Positions 30,151 through 38,129 of a DNA stretch of 64,000 bases are shown here, piece after piece. Source of the DNA: Fibrobacterales bacterium (GTDB lineage: Bacteria > Fibrobacterota > Fibrobacteria > Fibrobacterales > JAOPTW01); the NCBI GenBank assembly GCA_051532035.1, contig JAOPTW010000016.1, positions 32,001 through 96,000 on the forward strand, given 5' to 3'. The first letter of the stretch is position 1, and each line of letters starts with the position of its first letter. Made by a program: the position numbers and the translations under genes. Below the pieces are notes generated by a model. It was not told the origin of the DNA, searched no databases, and saw only the letters and a program-made list of their open reading frames with translations.

Positions 30151-30978
30151 ATGACGTTAGAAACTGGATTGTCAATTTTATTATGGGCTATCACTCTCTC
30201 ATCAATTCCAAATATACTCAACTCTCGATCAACACTCACTACTACTATAAATGCTACGGTCGCAGCACTCCTCTTTATAGGGGCCGTCATCATGACCACG
30301 AGCATCCCCGGAAATACTCAGGCGCCCACTCTAGCTCTTGAAGCGGAAAATCATCTAAACGAAACACGGACTCCTTCTGTTGGGCAGTATGAGCCAAACA
30401 GCAACGAACTTACTGAAGAAGACATTGCTGACCTTGAGCGTGAAGCCGCTATAGAAGCACCTCAACTTCAAGAAGAATCGGCACCCCCTGTTGTAATTGC
30501 ACAAGCAAAAAAAGAGAAAGAGCTCAAGAAGGCTGCTAAAAAGAAAGAGAAAAGAAGGAAGAGAAAAGAAAAAGTAAAGACTTCTAAAGCCACTATTTAC
30601 TCTTTCCTTAAATCATCTAAAAAACTGGTTAAAGCTGGCCGCAAGTATGTCACAGCATTAAACAAGTTGAAACTCTCTAACATAGAGGGCATGAGCGACT
30701 CTGAGTATGACAAGCTCATAACGAAAACAACGAAACTCTCAACTCAAATAAAACAGTATTACCGTGATGTCAATCGCCTAAAAGCACCGAATCCTCACGG
30801 CAAGTCTTTTAAGAAAACTCTCATAAAAGCAGCCGCAGACCTCAGAAAATCTGCAAAAAAAATGCATGCATTTGTGCATGATGACAATATAGAGGATTAT
30901 GAAAAACTGTATAAATCCCATGTAAAATATGCCAAACGAGCAGAATCAAGAATTTCTGAGCTCAACAATCGGCTATAG
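30151..30978 (+). CDS. hypothetical membrane protein (2 TM, acidic linker, basic helical domain)
   Basis: Two N-terminal hydrophobic segments, a K-rich helical C-terminus, and a terminator downstream. Confidence 0.75.
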   Translation: MTLETGLSILLWAITLSSIPNILNSRSTLTTTINATVAALLFIGAVIMTTSIPGNTQAPTLALEAENHLNETRTPSVGQYEPNSNELTEEDIADLEREAAIEAPQLQEESAPPVVIAQAKKEKELKKAAKKKEKRRKRKEKVKTSKATIYSFLKSSKKLVKAGRKYVTALNKLKLSNIEGMSDSEYDKLITKTTKLSTQIKQYYRDVNRLKAPNPHGKSFKKTLIKAAADLRKSAKKMHAFVHDDNIEDYEKLYKSHVKYAKRAESRISELNNRL

Positions 30979-31009
30979 TACGACCACTCTTACAAAATTT
31001 CCACACATC

Positions 31010-31042
31010 AAAAGCCCCATTCAATCGAATGGGGCTTTTTTT
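31010..31042 (+). terminator. intrinsic terminator
   Basis: AAAAGCCCCATTC-AATC-GAATGGGGCTTTT plus T tract. Confidence 0.85.
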
Positions 31043-31112
31043 ATGTACTTTGCCACCCCCGTCAACAAACGAAATTGCTACATTAGCTCAAAACCTATAA
31101 CCAGAGAACGAT

Positions 31113-32792
31113 ATGGCTTCAGATAAGTTTATTTATTACATGCATCGCATGACAAAAATCTTTCCTCCATCAAAAGAGATCCTCAAAGATATCTCACTCT
31201 CATTTTTTTATGGCGCCAAAATTGGTATCGTCGGTACAAATGGTTCTGGTAAATCAACACTTCTTAAAATTATGGCTGGTCTCGATACTGATTTCCAAGG
31301 TGAAGCATGGGTAGAGCAAGGGCGTACGGTTGGATACCTTCCACAAGAGCCACACCTTGATCCAGACAAAACAGTCAAAGAAAATGTAGAGCTTGCCGTA
31401 AAAGCAATTAAAGATCTTCTGGATGAGTTTAATGAAGTCTCAATGAAATTTGGTGAAGACATGACCGATGACGAGATGGATAAACTTTGCGCTCGTCAAG
31501 CCGAGCTCCAAGATCAAATCGATACCTCTGATGCCTGGGAAATTGATCGTAAACTTGAGATCGCTATGGATGCACTGCGCTGTCCTCCTGGAGATTCGCC
31601 CGTTACTAACCTTTCTGGTGGTGAAAAACGTCGCGTCGCACTCTGTAAATTACTTCTTGAAGCACCTGACCTCCTTCTATTGGACGAACCGACCAATCAC
31701 TTGGATGCAGAATCTGTTGCATGGCTCGAAAATCACCTTCGCGCTTTTAAAGGGTCAGTTATCCTTGTAACACATGACCGGTACTTTCTTGATAATGTTA
31801 CCGGTTGGGTTCTTGAGCTTCAAAACGGTCGTGGTATACCATGGGAAGGAAACTACACCGATTGGCTCGATCAAAAAACAAAATCACTTGCTGAATCAGA
31901 GAAACAAGAGAGTTCACGTCAAAGACGTCTTAAAGAAGAACTCGCATGGGTGCGTACCAATCCTAAAGGGCGCCACACCAAAAACAAAGCACGACTCGGT
32001 TCTTATGAGCAACTACTCGCACAAGACTCTCAGAAGAAGAGCAACGAAACCATACTCTACATTCCTCAAGGTAAACGCCTTGGCGACAAAGTGATTAATG
32101 TTTCGGGCCTCACTAAAGCCTTTGGCGAAAAACTCCTCTTTGAAAATCTTGAATTTTCACTTCCGCGCTCAGGAATTGTCGGTATTGTTGGGCCCAATGG
32201 TGCTGGTAAGACAACACTCCTCAAAATGCTTCTCGGAATGGAAGAGGCAGACTCAGGAACCATAGACGTTGGAGATACGGTTGACATCATCTCTGCTGAT
32301 CAAGACCGCGCAGGTCTCAATGATGAAGCAACCGTTTGGGAAGAGATAACCGAAAAAGCACAGGAAGTTGAGCTTGGTGACAGAAAAATGAACAGTAGAG
32401 CCTATTGTGGCCTCTTTAATTTTACTGGGACGGATCAACAAAAACCTGTAGGTAAACTCTCTGGTGGAGAACGAAACCGTGTACTCATGGCGAAACTCAT
32501 TAAACGTGGTGGTAATGTTCTTGTACTCGATGAACCCACGAATGATCTCGACGTAGAGACACTCCAGTCACTCGAACAAGCTATCCTTAACTTTGCTGGC
32601 TGTGTACTCGTTACTTCGCATGATAGATGGTTCCTCAACAGAATTGCAACTCACATTCTCGCCTTTGAAAGTAACTCAGAGGTGAAATGGTTCTCTGGCA
32701 CCTACGATGAATATGATGACGATCGTAAAAAACGTCTTGGATCTGATGCAGAGATTCCTCATCGTATTAAATACCGTACTCTTACTCGATAA
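31113..32792 (+). CDS. ettA: energy-dependent translational throttle protein (ABC-F)
   Basis: ILKDISLSFFYGAKIG, two ABC domains (GTNGSGKST and GPNGAGKT), LSGGE x2, DEPTN x2, C-terminal PHRIKYR. Confidence 0.96.
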   Translation: MASDKFIYYMHRMTKIFPPSKEILKDISLSFFYGAKIGIVGTNGSGKSTLLKIMAGLDTDFQGEAWVEQGRTVGYLPQEPHLDPDKTVKENVELAVKAIKDLLDEFNEVSMKFGEDMTDDEMDKLCARQAELQDQIDTSDAWEIDRKLEIAMDALRCPPGDSPVTNLSGGEKRRVALCKLLLEAPDLLLLDEPTNHLDAESVAWLENHLRAFKGSVILVTHDRYFLDNVTGWVLELQNGRGIPWEGNYTDWLDQKTKSLAESEKQESSRQRRLKEELAWVRTNPKGRHTKNKARLGSYEQLLAQDSQKKSNETILYIPQGKRLGDKVINVSGLTKAFGEKLLFENLEFSLPRSGIVGIVGPNGAGKTTLLKMLLGMEEADSGTIDVGDTVDIISADQDRAGLNDEATVWEEITEKAQEVELGDRKMNSRAYCGLFNFTGTDQQKPVGKLSGGERNRVLMAKLIKRGGNVLVLDEPTNDLDVETLQSLEQAILNFAGCVLVTSHDRWFLNRIATHILAFESNSEVKWFSGTYDEYDDDRKKRLGSDAEIPHRIKYRTLTR

Positions 32793-32813
32793 TAGAGTAC
32801 AATCCACACATTC

Positions 32814-32845
32814 AAGGCCATCTCATTCGTGAGGTGGCCTTTTTT
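32814..32845 (+). terminator. intrinsic terminator after ettA
   Basis: AAGGCCATCTCA-TTCG-TGAGGTGGCCTT plus T tract. Confidence 0.88.
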
Positions 32846-32894
32846 GATTTAATCAACTAACAATTACACCTTTGTACATTAGATAATCACTATA

Positions 32895-32923
32895 TTGACA
32901 TGTCGTTATATTATTAGTATATT
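32895..32923 (+). promoter_or_regulatory. near-consensus sigma70 promoter of the MMPL operon
   Basis: TTGACA-N17-TATATT. Confidence 0.75.
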
Positions 32924-32954
32924 AGCATTTAATAATACTAACGCGAGCGACATA

Positions 32955-35615
32955 ATGAAAAAACTAAAAAACACACTAAGCGCCCTTCGGCATTTAGTAA
33001 TAGACTTTTCAATTCAAAAACCAAAAGCAGTCACCGGAATAATGCTGCTCCTCACGACCATTCTCCTTTTATTAGCCGCACTACCCAGCATCGCTCCCGA
33101 AACATTCCCAGGACTCAATGCGCTCAAAGTAGACACTGATCCTGAGAATATGCTCCCTGATAGCGAACCTGCACGTCTGTTTCACAAACAAATGAACAAT
33201 GAATTTAATCTTAATGAATTTGTTGGTATCGGCGTTGTCAATGAAACACACCCGAACGGTATCTATAACAAAAACACTCTTGCTAAAGTAGATCGCCTTA
33301 CTCAATTTGCTAAAAACCTGCAATGGGCCAAGGAAGATGGATCTACGGAAGGGATTGTTGCAATTGATATTATGGCCCCCTCACTTATAGATAACATTAA
33401 ACAAAATGCAGATGGTGGCGTCCAATTTGAACTGTTACTCCCAGGCGCCCCTACAACTGAAGCAGAGGCCCTTACACTCAAGCAAAAAGTAGAAAAACTC
33501 CCCTTTCTTCAAGGATCAATGTTTGCCAACAATGGTAAAGCCCTTGCCCTCATGCTCCCCATGAGTGACAAAAAAGTAGGATACCAAGTGTATCAAAAAC
33601 TTCTTGAAGAAATTAAATCCTACCAGGGTGATGGTGATGTATTTCATATAGCAGGACTCCCTGTCGCAAAAGAGACTTTTGGTGTAGAAATGTTTAGTCA
33701 GATGGCCATTGCGGCCCCCGCATCAATGTTTATCATATTCTTACTCATGCTCTTCTTTTTCAGAAAAGTGAGACTCATTCTCTCACCAATGATCGTCGCT
33801 ATGGTTTCAATAATTATGACAATGGGACTCCTTGTCATCAGTGGAAACACCATCCATATAATGAGTTCAATGATCCCTATTTTTATCATGCCCATTGCGG
33901 TACTGAATGCCGTACACATACTCTCTGATTTTTTTGAAGAGTATCAAAAAGTTGGTGACCGTAAAAAAACCATAGAACTCGTTATGACAAAACTCTTTAG
34001 CCCAATGCTCTTTACTTCACTGACCACTGTAGCAGGGTTTGCATCTCTTGCTCTCACTCCCAATCCTCCCGTACAGGTATTCGGCATTTTTGTTGCTCTC
34101 GGTGTTGGGCTTGCATGGCTTTGGACCATCCTTTTTATTCCTTCGTACATTATGATGATGCCTGAAGACTCCCTCAAAGATTTTGGCACCAGTGAAGATG
34201 CCGCAAATAATAGCCCACTCAATAAAGTCATATCGAAAATTGGTTCTATAGCCTATACCAAAAAAGGTTCTATCATTGTTGCCGTTGTGGTTCTTATAGT
34301 TCTTTCGGTTATTGGTATAAAACAAATTGTTATTAACGACAATCCAACACTATGGTTTGCCTCTGATCACCCACTTCGTATAGCAGATAAAGAACTTAAT
34401 AAACATCTCTCTGGAACCTATTCTGGATATCTTGCCCTTCATCAAAAAACTGAAAGCAGTAACACTACGGCATTTACTTCCGCCCTAAAAAAACAAATTC
34501 CTCAGCACCTCATCACCCCTCTTTTAAAAGAGGTGAAAGGCAAGACGCTTGCAGAATACATTGCCAATAGTGAAACAGCCATTGAGGAAGCACTTGATTC
34601 TGACACCATTGGCGACAGTGATGCTGAGGCACTTGACGAAGCATTCAGTGTTATTGACGCCTTTAAAGGTACATTACAAACTTTTAAAAACCCTGAGGTG
34701 CTCAACTACGTAGTCAACCTCCAAAAACACATTGAAACCGTTGAAGGTGTTGGCAAAGTGAATGGTCTCACTGATCTTGTTCAGACAGTCTACCGAGAAA
34801 TGCATGGCGGCGATTCTAAATACTACAGCATTCCAGAAACTCAAAGTGCTGTTGCTCAGTCACTCACCACCTATCAAAGTAGTCATCGCCCTCAAGACCT
34901 GTGGCATTTTGTAACGCCTGACTACTCTAAAGCAAACCTTTGGGTCCAGCTCCAATCGGGCAACAATACCGACATGCAACGCGTTGTTACTGCAGTCGAT
35001 AGCTATATTGCACAAAACCCACTTCCAGCTGGCCTCGAGCACAACTGGTTTGGCTTAACCTACATCAACCTCATATGGCAAGAGAACATGGTTTCGGGAA
35101 TGCTCAGCGCGTTTATCGGAAGTTTTATCATAGTAATGATCATGATGATTTTTCTCTTTAGGTCATTCTGGTGGGGCATTCTTTCTATGATCCCCCTCAG
35201 TGTAACTATCGTAGCAATCTACGGTATTGTTGGATTCATCGGTAAAGATTTTGATATGCCTGTTGCAGTACTCTCGTCTCTTTCTCTGGGACTGGCTATT
35301 GACTACGCCATCCACTTTATAGTACGCAGTAAACAAATCGCTGCACGTCACGAAAGCTGGGATGACTCCATTGAAGAAATTTTTCAAGAGCCAGCACGTG
35401 CGATTGTTAAAAATGTATTTGTAGTTGGTATTGGGTTTTTACCGCTGCTCCTTTCACCGCTTGTTCCATATAAAACCGTTGGAATTTTCATCGCTTCAAT
35501 TTTGATTTTTGCAGGTGCTGCATCCATCATAATACTCCCCGCCCTTATTACCCTCTTTCAAAAACAGTTATTTAAAAACCACACAGTGAACACACGTTCA
35601 TCAGACAAGCATTAA
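32955..35615 (+). CDS. MMPL/RND family transporter
   Basis: Two repeats of TM + large loop + 5 TM; PMLFTSLTT.AGF, GLAIDYAIHF. Start moved to ATG 32955 because the track start overlaps the -35 box. Confidence 0.9.
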   Translation: MKKLKNTLSALRHLVIDFSIQKPKAVTGIMLLLTTILLLLAALPSIAPETFPGLNALKVDTDPENMLPDSEPARLFHKQMNNEFNLNEFVGIGVVNETHPNGIYNKNTLAKVDRLTQFAKNLQWAKEDGSTEGIVAIDIMAPSLIDNIKQNADGGVQFELLLPGAPTTEAEALTLKQKVEKLPFLQGSMFANNGKALALMLPMSDKKVGYQVYQKLLEEIKSYQGDGDVFHIAGLPVAKETFGVEMFSQMAIAAPASMFIIFLLMLFFFRKVRLILSPMIVAMVSIIMTMGLLVISGNTIHIMSSMIPIFIMPIAVLNAVHILSDFFEEYQKVGDRKKTIELVMTKLFSPMLFTSLTTVAGFASLALTPNPPVQVFGIFVALGVGLAWLWTILFIPSYIMMMPEDSLKDFGTSEDAANNSPLNKVISKIGSIAYTKKGSIIVAVVVLIVLSVIGIKQIVINDNPTLWFASDHPLRIADKELNKHLSGTYSGYLALHQKTESSNTTAFTSALKKQIPQHLITPLLKEVKGKTLAEYIANSETAIEEALDSDTIGDSDAEALDEAFSVIDAFKGTLQTFKNPEVLNYVVNLQKHIETVEGVGKVNGLTDLVQTVYREMHGGDSKYYSIPETQSAVAQSLTTYQSSHRPQDLWHFVTPDYSKANLWVQLQSGNNTDMQRVVTAVDSYIAQNPLPAGLEHNWFGLTYINLIWQENMVSGMLSAFIGSFIIVMIMMIFLFRSFWWGILSMIPLSVTIVAIYGIVGFIGKDFDMPVAVLSSLSLGLAIDYAIHFIVRSKQIAARHESWDDSIEEIFQEPARAIVKNVFVVGIGFLPLLLSPLVPYKTVGIFIASILIFAGAASIIILPALITLFQKQLFKNHTVNTRSSDKH

Positions 35616-35631
35616 TAAAAAGGACAATATA

Positions 35632-36429
35632 ATGAAACAGCTTATTAAAACAACTGTAGTAGCTCTTACCTTTTTAACGGGGTCACTCTTTGCAGAGTCA
35701 GCCCTTGACGTAACAGATATTATTACCAAAGCAAATAACACGTCTTACTACGCCGGCAATGATGGTAGAGCAAAAGTAACCATGACCATTAAGGATGATC
35801 AAGGCCGCAAACGAAAACGAAGCTTTACTATTCTTCGCAAAGACATCGGCACGACCGATGGCGAACAGAAGTTTTATGTCTTTTTTCGTAGACCTTCAGA
35901 CATCAAGAATATGGCCTTTCTTGTATACAAACATATGAACCGTGATGATGACCGTTGGCTCTACCTCCCATCGATGGACCTGGTAAAACGAATTGCAGGA
36001 AGTGACAAACGTACCAGCTTTGTTGGTTCAAGCTTCTTTTACGAAGATGTCTCAGGGAGAGGTCCCACCCTTGATACGCATACTCTTGAAAAAACAACCG
36101 CGACACACTATGTCGTTAAGAACATACCCAAAGTTCCTCGTTCTGTTGAGTTTTCAGAGTACACTGTCTGGATTAATAAAACAACTTTTGTTCCAGAAAA
36201 AATTGAGTACCTCGATAAAAAAGGAGTTCTTTATAGAAGTTATCGTGCACTCAAAACTAAGGTAGTACAAGGACACCCTACGGTAACGGTGGCAGTAATG
36301 AAAGATCACAACACTGGGGTAGAGACACTCAACAAATACACCAAAGTGGAGTACGATGTCGGCATTGATGAGTCTATTTTCACTGAACGCTTCCTTAGAA
36401 AACCACCACAACAATTGTTAAAATTTTAG
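35632..36429 (+). CDS. LolA-like outer-membrane lipoprotein-sorting protein
   Basis: Signal peptide; DDRWLYLPS..LVKRI......SFVGS.F.YED; IFTERFL. Confidence 0.9.
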   Translation: MKQLIKTTVVALTFLTGSLFAESALDVTDIITKANNTSYYAGNDGRAKVTMTIKDDQGRKRKRSFTILRKDIGTTDGEQKFYVFFRRPSDIKNMAFLVYKHMNRDDDRWLYLPSMDLVKRIAGSDKRTSFVGSSFFYEDVSGRGPTLDTHTLEKTTATHYVVKNIPKVPRSVEFSEYTVWINKTTFVPEKIEYLDKKGVLYRSYRALKTKVVQGHPTVTVAVMKDHNTGVETLNKYTKVEYDVGIDESIFTERFLRKPPQQLLKF

Positions 36430-36438
36430 AGGCACCTT

Positions 36439-37803
36439 ATGAAAAAACTATTGATACTTATAACCTCCTTCACTGCCCTACTCTTTGCAATAGAGGGTGG
36501 CGACACCAAGAACGCTGACTCTTTTGATTCATATGACCTCTCAGGTTTTGAAGATGAGATGGATGACGCTGATGGAGCATTCGATGAAGAGGAAGAAGAG
36601 TCATCCTCACTACTCTCCTATGAGGGATACATGGATGGACGCATTGGATCACGAATCTATTCAGGTAAAGACAACGACCAACTCACCCTTCTAGAGCTCA
36701 GGTTACGGACCGCCCTTCAGGCTGACTTTAACCATGTAAACCTCAAAGTTGTACTTGACCTACTCTACGACCCAATCGAACATCCAGACACTGTAGATTT
36801 TTATCAAGGAAATGGTTGGATCGATCTTAGAGAAGCACATATTGGAACAGCCCTGGGCAACCTTGACTTTCGTGTAGGACGCCAAGCGGTTACCTGGGGA
36901 ACCGGTGACATGCTCTTTATTAATGATCTCTTTCCTAAAGATTGGAAGTCATTTTTCATTGGGCGCGATCAAGAATTTCTTAAAGCACCCCTCGATGGTA
37001 TAAAAAGTTCATTCTATACTCCGTACTTTTCGCTCGACGTTGTATGGACGCCTTTTTTGGCATCAGACCGATACCTTGACGGTAATCGAATGAGTTTCTT
37101 TGGCCCATCAGGCCAAGTAACGGGCAAAACCTTTGAATTTGATGCGGATAAGCGGGATTCTTTTGGCGATCATTCCGAATATGCTCTGCGTCTCCATACT
37201 ACTGTTGGCCGCTACACTGCAGCGTTTTATGGCTATCACGGCTTTTGGAAAAGTCCGAGTGGCATGACCATGACCGGGAATTTTTATTACCCTGAACTAC
37301 AAGTCTATGGCGCGTCACTACAAGGACCACTTTTTGGGGGCCTCGCCAACGCAGAGTTTGGTCACTACCATTCTAAAGAGGACGTGGCTGGGTTAAGCCC
37401 AATGATTCCAAACTCTGAAATCCGCTCCCTTGTTGGATATGAACGAGAAGTGTTTTTAAATATAATGGCAAGCGCCCAATATTACGTTGAGTATATGCTT
37501 GAGTACGATCAGTACACTCAATCCCTTTTCCCCGGCATGTATGCCAAGGAAGAGTATCGTGATCTCATTACACTTAGGCTAACCAAACAGTTCCTCATGC
37601 AGACACTCACCTATTCACTCTTTGGGTATTATTCACCTGTTGATACAGATGGGTATATTAAAACCTCACTTGCATACAAGGTATCAGACACCATCCAGAT
37701 CGATGCAGGGGCCAACATCTTTAGTGGCACCAATGAGTATTCATTTTGGGGACAATTCGAATCAAACTCCAATGTATATGCAGGAGTTAAGTACCGCTTT
37801 TAA
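36439..37803 (+). CDS. outer-membrane beta-barrel protein (DUF1302-like partner of MMPL/LolA-like pair)
   Basis: Signal peptide; DLREA, GRQ..TWGTGD, amphipathic strands, C-terminal KYRF. Confidence 0.8.
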   Translation: MKKLLILITSFTALLFAIEGGDTKNADSFDSYDLSGFEDEMDDADGAFDEEEEESSSLLSYEGYMDGRIGSRIYSGKDNDQLTLLELRLRTALQADFNHVNLKVVLDLLYDPIEHPDTVDFYQGNGWIDLREAHIGTALGNLDFRVGRQAVTWGTGDMLFINDLFPKDWKSFFIGRDQEFLKAPLDGIKSSFYTPYFSLDVVWTPFLASDRYLDGNRMSFFGPSGQVTGKTFEFDADKRDSFGDHSEYALRLHTTVGRYTAAFYGYHGFWKSPSGMTMTGNFYYPELQVYGASLQGPLFGGLANAEFGHYHSKEDVAGLSPMIPNSEIRSLVGYEREVFLNIMASAQYYVEYMLEYDQYTQSLFPGMYAKEEYRDLITLRLTKQFLMQTLTYSLFGYYSPVDTDGYIKTSLAYKVSDTIQIDAGANIFSGTNEYSFWGQFESNSNVYAGVKYRF

Positions 37804-37810
37804 TACACTG

Positions 37811-37859
37811 TTACCACCTTCTGCCCTACTATTCAGTATAAGTAGGCTGAAGGTAGTGA
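37811..37859 (+). terminator. long imperfect hairpin at operon end
   Basis: TTACCACCTTC..CCTACT / AGTAGG..GAAGGTAGTGA; lacks a clear U tract. Confidence 0.45.
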
Positions 37860-38129
37860 TGTATCTCAAATAAAGCAACGCCTTTTACCCAAGCAATACC
37901 CATACTTTTAATTGGGCACAAAAAAAATCCACTACGCACACATTTAACTATTAAACACTTTAAACATAAGAACCCCCGCCTCTTCGTAGACATTTATTTA
38001 AAGGGCAAAGCCGACGCAACACACCCGAACATTATTCTAAAAAACGTAAACACATTATTTACACCTTGTAAGATCTAATTAGGATATCTTCTCCTTAATG
38101 TAAAGTACACATAAAGAATCACATAAGAC

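Noticed and set aside
32895..32954. ORF-track N-terminal extension of the MMPL protein
   Set aside because: The TTG start is the -35 box of a consensus promoter; ATG 32955 is more plausible.
37999..38030. GGGCAAA-GCC-GACGCAA resembling c-di-GMP-I (GEMM) riboswitch conserved segments upstream of the GH3 gene
   Set aside because: The P2 hairpin with a GNRA loop between the two segments is absent and no P3 is evident; at most a decayed relic. An Infernal scan would settle it.
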